This document shows positions 1 through 9,093 of a stretch of 64,000 nt of DNA, piece after piece. The notes below the pieces were generated by a model. That model was not told the DNA's origin and did no database searches. It worked only from the letters and a program-made list of their open reading frames with translations. Every line of letters starts with the position of its first letter. Within the stretch, counting starts at the first letter, position 1. The DNA lies in NCBI GenBank assembly GCA_964653435.1, contig CAZZFA010000002.1, positions 604 through 64,603 on the forward strand, written 5' to 3'. The translations under genes were made by a program, and so were the position numbers. This DNA is from an uncultured Planctomycetales bacterium (GTDB lineage: Bacteria; Planctomycetota; Phycisphaerae; UBA1845; PWPN01).

Positions 1-118
1 TGACGGCGAAGCGCTCCGCCACTTCGCACGCGGTGAAACGGAAGCCCACCCCCTGAACCCGGCCCTCAAACCAGACTGACCGCCGAATCCGCCCGGTCAT
101 CGCACGCCCTGCCTGTGG

Positions 119-502
119 TCAGCGGGTACCTGCGGGGCCCGGCGCGTGCAGGGCGTCGGCCACCGAGTCGTAGACCTCGAAGAGTCTTGTGAGGCTCGTC
201 AGCGTAAGCAGGTGGCGGATCTCGGGCGAGGGATTGGCGATCCGCATCCAGCCCCCGAGCCGGTGGCACCGCACGTGCGCCGTGACGAGGGCACCGAGCC
301 CCACGGAGTTGATGAACTCGAGCCCCCCCAGGTCCAGCACGAGGCGCCCCTGCAGCGAGCCGGCCAGCGCGAGAAGGTGGTCGCGCAGGGAATCCGCCTC
401 GTCCAGCGTCGCGGCCCCCTTCAGGCGCACTACGGCTCCTTCAGAACCGCAATCGAGCACCACCTGCAATCGGTTCGCGGCCGGCTCTCGGGGTGCCGTC
501 AT
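119..502 (-). CDS. STAS-domain anti-sigma-factor antagonist (SpoIIAA/RsbV-like)
   Basis: Part of ORF 119..544(-). STAS hallmark 'LVLDLGGLEFINSVGLGALV' with the phosphorylatable Ser. Start placed at ATG 502 because GGAGGA (revcomp of 510-515) lies 7 nt upstream. Confidence 0.85.
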   Translation of the reverse strand: MTAPREPAANRLQVVLDCGSEGAVVRLKGAATLDEADSLRDHLLALAGSLQGRLVLDLGGLEFINSVGLGALVTAHVRCHRLGGWMRIANPSPEIRHLLTLTSLTRLFEVYDSVADALHAPGPAGTR

Positions 503-577
503 GGGTCGATCCTCCACTCCCGGATGCCGCCGGCGGCGCCGCACGCCGCACGCGAAACCGTCTTACCGGAAACGGCG

Positions 578-1000
578 CTACGCCTTTCGCTTAACGAGGC
601 GGATCTCGTTGCCCTTGTCATTGTAGGTTACCTCGTCCATGTAGGCGCGCATCAGCATGATGCCCCGCCCGTTGGGCAGGGAAAGCCGCGAAGGCGACGT
701 CGGGTCCGGCACGCAACGGGGATCGAACCCGGGACCGTCGTCCGCAACGTGAATCTCCACCTTGGCGCCGTCGATCGCGTAGCGGATGCGGATGTGCTTG
801 GAGGGGTCGTTCGCGTTTCCGTGCTTGACGGCGTTCGTGATGGCCTCTTCAAGCGACAGCCGGATGGCGAACGCCTCCTCCGGCTGATAGCCGTGCCTCT
901 CCACCTCCCGGAGTATGTCTTCCTCGACGGCGCGTGCCGCATCCAGCCGGCTGGGAATCACCACCTCGGTCATCGGCAAATCCGGGTTCGGTTCCGCCAT
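578..1000 (-). CDS. Anti-sigma-factor serine kinase, HATPase_c fold (RsbW/SpoIIAB-like)
   Basis: 140 aa. 'EEAITNAVKHGN' (N-box) and 'VADDGPGFD' (G1 box) are typical of RsbW-type kinases. It sits between two STAS genes. Confidence 0.85.
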   Translation of the reverse strand: MAEPNPDLPMTEVVIPSRLDAARAVEEDILREVERHGYQPEEAFAIRLSLEEAITNAVKHGNANDPSKHIRIRYAIDGAKVEIHVADDGPGFDPRCVPDPTSPSRLSLPNGRGIMLMRAYMDEVTYNDKGNEIRLVKRKA

Positions 1001-1013
1001 GGCAGCCGATGCA

Positions 1014-1370
1014 TCAAAACGCCTGAAGCGCCGCCTCCGCCGTATCGTGGATCTCGAACAGCCGATTCAGTCGCGTGATCTTGAACACCTCGAAGATCTG
1101 CGGCCGGATGTTCGAGAGCTTCAGCCGCCCCCGCTCCTCTTTCACCTGCTTCTCCAGCGTGATCAGCATGCCCAGCGCCGCGCTGGAGAGGTGCTCGACG
1201 TTCTTGAAGTTCAGCAGCAGGCGAATGCCCGGCTCCGAGGCCACCAGCTCGCTGAGTTGCTCCCCGATCTGCGTAATGGCCAGTTCGTCCAGGATCTTGC
1301 GATCCTCGAACTCGACCATGTACACGTCCCCCTCTTTGGTGATCTTCAGGTTTGCCTTCGTCTCGGCCAT
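1014..1370 (-). CDS. STAS-domain anti-sigma-factor antagonist (second copy)
   Basis: ORF 1014..1409(-). 'LLLNFKNVEHLSSAALGMLI' is a STAS motif with the conserved Ser. The internal ATG at 1370 (MAETKANLKI...) gives a typical ~118 aa STAS protein. Confidence 0.8.
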   Translation of the reverse strand: MAETKANLKITKEGDVYMVEFEDRKILDELAITQIGEQLSELVASEPGIRLLLNFKNVEHLSSAALGMLITLEKQVKEERGRLKLSNIRPQIFEVFKITRLNRLFEIHDTAEAALQAF

Positions 1371-1537
1371 GGCTTCGTTGCTCCTGGTCCTGTGGGCGTC
1401 CAGAGGCATTTAAGCGTCCTACCCTCGTGAAGTCAACAACTTGCGCGCGTGGCTCCCCGATTATTTGGTTTTCGCACCGCGCCGGCTTAGAATATCCGTA
1501 CACCGCCCGCCTTCGGAGCGAGTGGAAAACAGCGAAT

Positions 1538-2506
1538 ATGCGCCCCCGACCTTGCCTGATGGTTGTTCTTCTGGTACCGGCCTTCCTGCTCCTGGCCCCG
1601 CATGTGTGCCTGGCGTGGGGACCGGCCACACACATCAAGCTCGCCAGCGATGTCCTTGAGCAGCTCGGCGTCCTGGCCCCCGCGATGGCCGCCCTGCTGG
1701 CCCGACACGCCCGCGATTTCATCTTCGGTAACATCGCCGCCGACGTGGTCTTCGCCAAGAAGCTCAGCCGGGTCAAGCAGTTCTGCCATCAGTGGAGCAC
1801 GGCGTTCGCGATCCTCGATTCGGCGCGGACTGAACCGACGCGCGCCTTCGCCTGCGGCTACCTCACGCACCTGGCGGCGGACACGGTCGCACACAACAAG
1901 TTCCTGCCCCGGCAGATGACCCTGACGCGATCGACCGTGTCGTTCGGGCACCTGTATTGGGAGCTCCGCGCGGACTCCGCCATCGGCACGCATTACTGGA
2001 ACCGGCTTCGCGACGTGCTTGACGATCACTTCGAGCAGCACGAGACGGTTCTCGCGCAGAAGCTCACCGACACGCTGCTGCCCTTCCAGTGGAACCGGGC
2101 GATCTTCTACCGGCTCAACAACATGATAAGCCGCAACGGCTGGATCCGGGCGATGGATGCCTGGTATCACCGCTCGCGGTGGGAGCTGCCCGACGACGTG
2201 CTGGCCGATTACCGCAACGAGTGCGTCGACCGCGCCCTGGATGTGCTCAACCGGATGCAGGCCTCGCCCGTCGTGCGGGACGACCCGAACGGCACGACGG
2301 CCTTCGGCTACACGCGGGCGCGACGCCGGCAGTTCCGCCAGATGGCCCGGATCGGCATCCTGTACCCGCATGTGCTTACGGAGGCGATCGCCCGGCAGGC
2401 GCCCGCGGTGAACCCGCGCAACGGTCGCGACCGCCGGCCGCTGCCGGGCGCTACGGTCGTCAGGGTGCCGGTTCCGGCGGATTTCCCCCCGCGGGCCGCA
2501 CCGTGA
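1538..2506 (+). CDS. Zinc-dependent phospholipase C family protein (exported)
   Basis: In ORF 1352..2506. ATG 1538 gives the signal peptide 'MRPRPCLMVVLLVPAFLLLAPHVCLA', followed by 'WGPATHIKLA' and 'GYLTHLAADTVAH' His-rich motifs typical of the zinc PLC fold. Confidence 0.7.
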   Translation: MRPRPCLMVVLLVPAFLLLAPHVCLAWGPATHIKLASDVLEQLGVLAPAMAALLARHARDFIFGNIAADVVFAKKLSRVKQFCHQWSTAFAILDSARTEPTRAFACGYLTHLAADTVAHNKFLPRQMTLTRSTVSFGHLYWELRADSAIGTHYWNRLRDVLDDHFEQHETVLAQKLTDTLLPFQWNRAIFYRLNNMISRNGWIRAMDAWYHRSRWELPDDVLADYRNECVDRALDVLNRMQASPVVRDDPNGTTAFGYTRARRRQFRQMARIGILYPHVLTEAIARQAPAVNPRNGRDRRPLPGATVVRVPVPADFPPRAAP

Positions 2507-2882
2507 AAGTGCGGCTCCCGAGCAGTTGCTCCTCCGCAAAGAGCGCGATTTCGTACCGGCCCCAGTGTGGGAACGAGACCTGCGGCAGCTTGATGTTCAA
2601 CTCCACGACCTGCTGCGGGTCCTGGAACACGAGCGGCCCCTCCGCCTGGAAGATGACCGCCTCCGTCTCCAGGTGCCGGATCATGATGCGGCTCTTGTAT
2701 TCCCCCCGGCCGTCGGTGAGCGCGGCGTACAGGTGCATGCTTCCCGAGAGCACGACCGGCAGCTTGACCCCGTAGATCGCACTGAAGACGCCGACGAGGG
2801 TCAGCTTCTTGGTCAGCTCATCGCGAATAATCAGATCGCAGATGACAATCGCCAGCACAACTGGCGGGGGTTTCGTCGGCAT
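2460..2882 (-). CDS. Hypothetical protein (conserved-looking, no domain recognised)
   Basis: 140 aa ORF with balanced, non-Arg/Pro-biased composition, unlike the shadow ORFs around it. Its 3' end overlaps the convergent gene 1538..2506 by 47 nt. Confidence 0.55.
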   Translation of the reverse strand: MPTKPPPVVLAIVICDLIIRDELTKKLTLVGVFSAIYGVKLPVVLSGSMHLYAALTDGRGEYKSRIMIRHLETEAVIFQAEGPLVFQDPQQVVELNIKLPQVSFPHWGRYEIALFAEEQLLGSRTFTVRPAGGNPPEPAP

Positions 2883-3054
2883 GAGTCACCGCCGGCCGGT
2901 TCCACGTCCATTCCGCGCTTCGAGCATGACGCCGCACGTGCCTCCATACGTTATGTCGCCCCGCCGGGATCGTCAAACCGCGCGCACGCCCGTCGCTGGT
3001 ACGTCGGCCCCCGGCCGGACGGTATTTCACGTGCTCAGCCCCGGGGAACCGGCG

Positions 3055-4644
3055 CTACTTCGGTACCATCACGAAGTATCTGTTGGAGCCGTGCCAGTTG
3101 CCGATCGTGAACCGCTCGCCTTTGAGCTCCCGGTAGTGCAGCATGATCGCGGTCATGGCCTCCGGCGGGAAGAACTCTCCGGCGACGAGGATCAGCCCGA
3201 AGCGCTTCTCGTTCAGTGCCGTGACCAGCTCGGCCGGATCCCAGCAGACGGCCCCGGTGACCCGGGGCGCCTGCGGGTCGTCCGAACGGCCGATCTGATA
3301 CGCGAAACGGAGCGTACAGATATCGATCTCCGGGCGGCGGCCGGCAAGCATCGCGAAGGTCACCCGCCGCTCCGTGAGGACGTCGCCCTGCGTGCCGCGG
3401 ATGAGGTTCACAATCCGGTCGCCGGCCTTGCGATCGGCCTCCGTGGGGGTGCCGATCGGGTGCAGCCACCAGATCACGCCCTGTAGCGTCAGGATGAGCA
3501 TCAGGCCGCTGCCGACCGCCGCGGACCACCCCGCCGGTACGGAACGCAGGAGACGGTCGATCGCGATTGCGCAGCCGATCGCGGCCGCGGCGATGAAGGG
3601 CATGTAGTAGTTGATCGCCGCGCCCTGCTTGCCCGTCAGGAGGATGTTGAGCACGGAGAGAATCGCCAGGGCGCCCCACACGTCCACCTCGCGCCGGGCG
3701 ATCTGGTACACGAGCCACGCCAGGGCGCCCGCCGTCAGAATCGCGTGCTCCTGCAGGAACTCGCGCGTGCGCTGCGTGAAGAAGCCCCAGATGTACTCCG
3801 TCGCCTGTGCCGTGATGGTGCTCCGCCAGAACCACCCGCCGGACCAGTGCTGGAGCCAGATCACCGAGGCGAGGCCGGCGACGGCAAAGACCGCCAGGCT
3901 GACAACGCCCGTGCGCCGTCCCGTCCGCCAGAGGTGCCAGAACGCCGCCGGCACCAGCAGAGCCGATTGATAGCGGGTGAAACAGGCCAGCAGCAGCAGG
4001 AGCAACCCTACGGGCATCGCCGCGCGCCAGCGCGGGTACTGGCGTACCAGCAGGAGCCCCAGGAGTACCAGGAACAGAGCGAAGGAGTCCACGCGACTGA
4101 GCGGCCCCCACGTGGTCACGTAGGGACCGGCGAGGAGGATCGCGGCGCCGAGCAGGCCGAGCGACCATCGCCTCGTCTCCTGCCGGACGGCCAGAATGAC
4201 GACGACGGCGCTTGCCAACAGGGCGGCGAGCGAAACGATCCGCCCCGCCGCCAGTGTCGGCCCCAGCCGGGGCACCAGCAAGGCGACCGCCGCGATGAAG
4301 CCGGGCGGATAACACGCGCTGGTCATCGGCAACCTGTTGAAGTCCACGTAGATGGGCCGGCCTTCGGCGAGACGCTGCGCGTAGCCGACGTAGAGGCCCT
4401 CGTCCTCGTCCCAGTCGTACGGGTACGCCAACAGGGCGCGGGCGTAGCCGGCGAAGCGGAAAAGCAGAGCCGCCAGGACGAAGAGCAGCAGGACGAAGAG
4501 CAGCGCGCGGACGAGGTCCCGCGGGGCGCGGGGGTCGAATCGCGCCAGACCCGCGAGCCATCCGGGGGCGGGCCGGCCGTCATCCGGAGTCGCAGATACG
4601 GCGGGGTCGGGCTCCGGCTGGCCAGGCATGCGATGTGCTCCCAT
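3055..4644 (-). CDS. GT-C type membrane glycosyltransferase (ArnT/PMT, family 39-like)
   Basis: ORF 3055..4872(-). At least 10 hydrophobic helices, the first-loop acidic motif 'YPYDWDEDEGLYVGYA', and a soluble C-terminal domain. Start is uncertain (ATG 4644 or 4629). Confidence 0.65.
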   Translation of the reverse strand: MGAHRMPGQPEPDPAVSATPDDGRPAPGWLAGLARFDPRAPRDLVRALLFVLLLFVLAALLFRFAGYARALLAYPYDWDEDEGLYVGYAQRLAEGRPIYVDFNRLPMTSACYPPGFIAAVALLVPRLGPTLAAGRIVSLAALLASAVVVILAVRQETRRWSLGLLGAAILLAGPYVTTWGPLSRVDSFALFLVLLGLLLVRQYPRWRAAMPVGLLLLLLACFTRYQSALLVPAAFWHLWRTGRRTGVVSLAVFAVAGLASVIWLQHWSGGWFWRSTITAQATEYIWGFFTQRTREFLQEHAILTAGALAWLVYQIARREVDVWGALAILSVLNILLTGKQGAAINYYMPFIAAAAIGCAIAIDRLLRSVPAGWSAAVGSGLMLILTLQGVIWWLHPIGTPTEADRKAGDRIVNLIRGTQGDVLTERRVTFAMLAGRRPEIDICTLRFAYQIGRSDDPQAPRVTGAVCWDPAELVTALNEKRFGLILVAGEFFPPEAMTAIMLHYRELKGERFTIGNWHGSNRYFVMVPK

Positions 4645-4931
4645 ATCCGGAATACGTTGGTCGTTGCGGCCCGTTCCGGTCGGGCCTTCGTCGCCGCTCG
4701 GATTAGAACCCGAACGCCGGGGCGCCGCAAGCCGACTTTTCCGCGGAGCGGAGGATTCCGCTGCCGGCGCAGGGGCGGAGTGTGTGCCCCGCGGGGGAGC
4801 GCAGGGCCGTATCCGGCCACGGCACGGGGCGCCGGCGACGGCGTATGTCGGTATTGTCGCCGGGGAGCGCACTCGTAATCCGGCGACGCCGACCGTTGTG
4901 ATCCGGCGGGGCGGATCGGTTACGATTTCTC

Positions 4932-5816
4932 ATGATGGCGCAGGAGAAACAGGCCCTGTTGTTTGATCCGGACGCGGCGGTGTCGCCGCGGATGACCGAG
5001 TGCGGCGTCGTGGTGCGCGAGGTGCGCTGCCGAAGCGTCCTCAACCGCTGCGGCATCGACGAGTACTCGTTCAATGCGTACGTGGGGTGCGCCCACGGTT
5101 GCGGATACTGCTACGCCCGCTACATGCAGCGGTTTCATCCGCACCCGGAGCCGTGGGGCGGCTTCGTGGACGCGAAGATCAACGCGCCGGAGGTCCTCGC
5201 GCGGCAGATTCGCAGGCTGCCGCCGGGGAGCGTCTTCACGTGCAGCGCCTGCGACGGCTGGCAGCCCGTCGAGGCGGGGTATCGGCTGACGCGCGAATGC
5301 TGCCGCCGGCTGCTGGAGGCGGGCTTTCGCCTGAACATTCTCACCAAGAGCGGGCTGGTGCGGCGGGACTTCGACATCTTCGCGGGGCGCGACGTCCGCG
5401 TAGGCGTAACGATCACGACACCGGACGAGTCGTGGGCGCGCATCTGGGAGCCGGGGGCGTCATCCGTGGCGGAGCGGGCGGAGGTCCTGCGGGCGGCACG
5501 TGCCGCGGGGTTCCGCACCGTCGTGATGTTCGGGCCGCTGCTGCCGGGAATCAGCGACACCGCCGAGGCGCTGAAGCGGCTCTTCGCGCTGGCGGCCGAC
5601 GTCGGCGTCGATCGGATCTGGACGGACGTGCTGAATCCGCGCCCGCGTGTGTGGCCCGGCGTCCAGGAGGTGTTGCGACGGCACGCCCCGCGCCTCGGCG
5701 AGCTGTACCGCCGGATCCTCTTCGAACCCGTCTCGCGGCGGGCATACGAGTGCGAACTCAACGCGCGGATTCGTCACGCCGCGCGGGCCGCCGGGATGTC
5801 CGACCGGCTCGCGTGA
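4932..5816 (+). CDS. Radical SAM protein, SplB/COG1533-like
   Basis: 294 aa. The CxxxCxxC cluster motif 'CAHGCGYCYA' near the N-terminus, and overall layout, resemble the DNA-photolyase-like radical SAM family. Confidence 0.75.
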   Translation: MMAQEKQALLFDPDAAVSPRMTECGVVVREVRCRSVLNRCGIDEYSFNAYVGCAHGCGYCYARYMQRFHPHPEPWGGFVDAKINAPEVLARQIRRLPPGSVFTCSACDGWQPVEAGYRLTRECCRRLLEAGFRLNILTKSGLVRRDFDIFAGRDVRVGVTITTPDESWARIWEPGASSVAERAEVLRAARAAGFRTVVMFGPLLPGISDTAEALKRLFALAADVGVDRIWTDVLNPRPRVWPGVQEVLRRHAPRLGELYRRILFEPVSRRAYECELNARIRHAARAAGMSDRLA

Positions 5817-5897
5817 TCCGCCACGCACAATCGCACGCAAGACATCGGCGGCGGGAAGGTCATTGGCGCGGGAGGAGGCGTATCCGGTTTCAATGGC

Positions 5898-8423
5898 TTA
5901 CAGGCACCGGGGCGGGCGATTCGGACCGTTGAAACAGCTCTGGAAAACGCCGAAGTCCGCGAGGTCCACGTCCACGTCGCCATCCAGGTCCGCCGGAACG
6001 CATTCGCTGAGAGCGGGCGGGCGGTTCGGGCCGCCGAAACACATCTGTAAGAATGAAAAGTCCGTCAGATCCACGTCGGTATCGCGGTCGAGGTCGCTTG
6101 CGGTGACCCGAAGGCGGACGTCGAGGTTGTCGGCGACGAGGCCCGTGAGGCCCGCACCGATGTTGCCCGACTTGATGAGGATCGTCGCCTTGTCGGCGGC
6201 GGCGATGAACCTGCCGACATTGACCACGGGCGCGGTGTCGCTCATCGCACCGTCCCATCCACCCGGCGAAGCCCATGTGTCGTTCTTGAAGATCAGCACG
6301 TCATCGGGGCGGTTCGCGGGCGTTTCGTCCACGCCGTCGGAGGGAAGCCTGGTGCTGTTGATGATGATGACCTCGCCCCACTGCGAACCCGCGATGACCG
6401 GCTGGCTCTTCCAGTATCCGGAGATGACGATCGGCTGGCCGGCGCCCCCCGTGCTGAACTGCTGATACGCCCCGCCGTTGTAATTCGAACCCGTGCATTG
6501 GAGGCGGCCGTTCACCGCGACGGCCGTGAAGTTCCCGGCGGCGTCGCGCTCCGTCCACCGGGTCCAGTGTGCCAGGCCCTCGCTGAAGTCCGCGTTGCGG
6601 AGCAGCGAGGCCCCGGGGGTGAAGCGGACGGCGATGTAGTCCGTCTTCGTCTTCGTATCGGAACCCGCCGGGCCGGTGACGGTAAGCGACACGGAATACG
6701 TACCGGGCGTCTCGTAGACGTGCGAGGGACAGGCGGCCGTGCTCTGATCGCCGTCGCCGAAGTCCCAGAGGCGCGACGTGATCGTGCCGGCGGACTGATC
6801 GGTAAACTGGACGGTCAACGGCGAGGTGCCGCCCGTCTTGTCGGCGATGAAGTCCGCGACGGGGGGTTGCGCGCCCCAGATCTCGAACTCGGGGATGCGG
6901 GCATGGTTGTCGATGCCGGGGTTCGTGATCCGGAGCCGCGCGTACCGCAGCGCCTTCGGCGTCACATAGCTTCGCGCGACCACGTTCGCCCGCGCGCCGT
7001 TGTCGATGGAGATTTCCGTCGTCCAAGGCCCGTCAAGCGAGGCGGCGATCTGGAAATCGAAGGCCGTCGCGTTGAAATCCACGGGCTCGCCGGCCGCGCC
7101 GGGCATTCGCACGATGAAGCCGGTTACCGTCCGCCCGGGGCCCAGATCAAGGGCGAGCCAGTGGGGCGGCGGGTCCGAACTGCTCACCCACTTGCTGGAT
7201 TCGGAGACTATCCCGTCAATCGCCTTCCACCCCGTCTGCGTTCCCAGGTACGAGTCGGTCTGCACGGCCGCCGCGCCCGGTGCGAGGTTGACGCCGACCG
7301 GCGGGTCTGTCGTGAACGCCGTCACGGGCCACGTGTACCGGAACGCCAGGGCCGCGTCGAGGTCGCTGAGAATCTGCGATTTGTACGGGTTGTCGGCGCC
7401 GTCGATGTTCCAGCCGTCGCACCAGGAACACCACCGATAGAAGTTCACGCAGCGGAAGATCGGCTTGCCGACCGTGGTGGCGTATTGGTTGTAGGCGTTG
7501 AGCTCGCGAAGCACTTCCTGAACCCAGCCGGCCTCGTAATGTCTGGCCGGGTCTTCCGGGTGGCCGCCCTTCCAGTAGTAATTCCCGTTGCACTCGGTGA
7601 TGTAGACCGGCAGGTGATACAGCTCCGGCGGGATGCCCAGATCGACCCAGTCCTTGTAACAGTAGAAGCTCCAATACAGGTACTGCCCGCCGGCGTTGAT
7701 CTTCTGCTCGCTGTGGATGTCGGCGTAGCCGTAGCCGCGCGACGGCACGTGCAGGGCGATGCCGTCGATGCCGCCGCTGTTGCGGATGGCGGTGAGCATC
7801 TGGTTGAGGTACTGAACCCAGTTCAGGGGCATCGCATCGTGCGTGCAGCCGCACACGGTGCCGGCGCCGTACGGCCCGCCCCACGGAGCGAGGGCCTGAC
7901 TGACGACCCGGTGGGTCGGGCGGACGGCCTTGATCGCGTTGTAACATGCGCGAAAGCACTCGGCGTAGCTCTGCGGCGAGACATAAGGCAGATGGTTGCC
8001 GGACGGCGGCCACTCCGAGGCGAGGTTGGTCTCGTTGCCGATCACCCAGATCGTGCAGCCCGGCGAGTGTGCGACGAAGTTGGCACAGCGCTGCGCGAAG
8101 TTGGCGTACTGATCCGGCAGAGGAATGGTCCCGCCGCTGCCGCAGTATCCGTTGTTGATCCGGCAGATGACGGTGTGGCCCTGATTGGCGTACGCGGAGA
8201 AATCCACACCGCTGTTGTCATTCGGATTGTGGCCGACCGCCACGGTCGCGGTGAGCCAACTGCCGCTGACCTGGGCCTTGACGTGGTTGAGAAACTCGGT
8301 CGGCTGGGGATCGGTGTCGTGAATGCCGTAGAGGTACGGGTTCTCGGCCGCACGGCAGGCAGCGGCGGCGACCAGGGACACCCCCACCATCCATCGCGTC
8401 ACGGACGATAGCTGCCTTCCCAT
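5898..8423 (-). CDS. Secreted multidomain glycoside hydrolase-like protein (TIM-barrel GH-A-like, F5/8 type C, PKD, CBM-like, tandem dockerin-like module)
   Basis: In ORF 5898..8501. ATG 8423 is preceded by GGAGGAG and gives signal peptide 'MGRQLSSVTRWMVGVSLVAAAACRA'. Motifs seen: 'WVIGNETN' and 'YITECN' (clan GH-A acid/nucleophile-like); discoidin-like 'HWLALDLGPGRTVTGFIV'; PKD 'WDFGDGDQS...YETPGTYSVSLTVTG'; C-terminal 2x 'DxDxDVDLxDFxxFQxCFxGPNRPP'. Confidence 0.85.
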   Translation of the reverse strand: MGRQLSSVTRWMVGVSLVAAAACRAAENPYLYGIHDTDPQPTEFLNHVKAQVSGSWLTATVAVGHNPNDNSGVDFSAYANQGHTVICRINNGYCGSGGTIPLPDQYANFAQRCANFVAHSPGCTIWVIGNETNLASEWPPSGNHLPYVSPQSYAECFRACYNAIKAVRPTHRVVSQALAPWGGPYGAGTVCGCTHDAMPLNWVQYLNQMLTAIRNSGGIDGIALHVPSRGYGYADIHSEQKINAGGQYLYWSFYCYKDWVDLGIPPELYHLPVYITECNGNYYWKGGHPEDPARHYEAGWVQEVLRELNAYNQYATTVGKPIFRCVNFYRWCSWCDGWNIDGADNPYKSQILSDLDAALAFRYTWPVTAFTTDPPVGVNLAPGAAAVQTDSYLGTQTGWKAIDGIVSESSKWVSSSDPPPHWLALDLGPGRTVTGFIVRMPGAAGEPVDFNATAFDFQIAASLDGPWTTEISIDNGARANVVARSYVTPKALRYARLRITNPGIDNHARIPEFEIWGAQPPVADFIADKTGGTSPLTVQFTDQSAGTITSRLWDFGDGDQSTAACPSHVYETPGTYSVSLTVTGPAGSDTKTKTDYIAVRFTPGASLLRNADFSEGLAHWTRWTERDAAGNFTAVAVNGRLQCTGSNYNGGAYQQFSTGGAGQPIVISGYWKSQPVIAGSQWGEVIIINSTRLPSDGVDETPANRPDDVLIFKNDTWASPGGWDGAMSDTAPVVNVGRFIAAADKATILIKSGNIGAGLTGLVADNLDVRLRVTASDLDRDTDVDLTDFSFLQMCFGGPNRPPALSECVPADLDGDVDVDLADFGVFQSCFNGPNRPPRCL

Positions 8424-9093
8424 GCAGTCTCCTCCGCCGAGGCGGCGAAGCCGTGTCCCCGCACCCCTGATCGTACCATGCAGGCGGCCAGGGACCAACA
8501 AGGCGGAAAAAGCCGGGTCGCCCGGGGGATTACTCCCTTGTTATTCTACACAAGCCGGGCAGGGCGCGCGCCCGCGCCGCGAGCAGCGAAACTCGGCCGT
8601 CTGATTCGTCACCGCCCCGAGCGACCGTCGCTGCGCACGCTCGGCGGCCTCGGCGACGCCTTCCCGATGCCGTGGGGCGCCGGGTCGGCGGGGCTGCGGC
8701 GCCCGATGGAGCGCCTTGGCGACACATGCCGCTGCGCCGGGCTACGTCCGGGGCGTACGAGTGCCGTTTTCGGTTGGACAGTGACGAATTCCGTGCGCCG
8801 TCGCGCGAGGTCCTGTCATACCGGCGGGGCTTTGTGTTCGCTTCTGCCCGTCATCCAGGGCTGACGACATGGGCTACTGTCCGTCGCCCCGGCGGGGCTG
8901 GGGGCGTACGAGACTCTCCACGGGGCCGGACGAGGACAAAACTCTCTGATCCGAGACGGCATCGGGACAGTTCGGGGGTACGGCGCCGTTGGGACCCGTG
9001 CGAGGCAGGATCGAGGGTATGAGGTGGTTGTGGATATCGGATGCGGCGCCCTGGACCAAGTGAACGAGCGACCGGCGGAATACGGGACTGCGC

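Noticed and set aside
2-79. Possible 3' end of a plus-strand gene at the left edge ('DGEALRHFARGETEAHPLNPALKPD' then stop)
   Set aside because: Only 25 codons are visible and there is no motif. It cannot be distinguished from chance in GC-rich sequence.
3035-4561. 508-aa alternative-frame ORF overlapping the GT-C glycosyltransferase gene on the same strand
   Set aside because: Its product is Arg/Pro/Gly/Ala-rich and lacks hydrophobic helices. The 3055-4644 frame gives a coherent polytopic membrane protein.
8424-9093. Tried to recognise RNase P RNA, tmRNA, SRP RNA or a tRNA in the ORF-free gap
   Set aside because: I could not find the conserved cores on either strand: GAGGAAAGUCCGGGC for RNase P, the tmRNA 3' tRNA-like end with a GGUUCGA-type T-loop, or the SRP GGAA/AGCA tetraloop context. 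The gap is kept only as an unexplained region in the findings.
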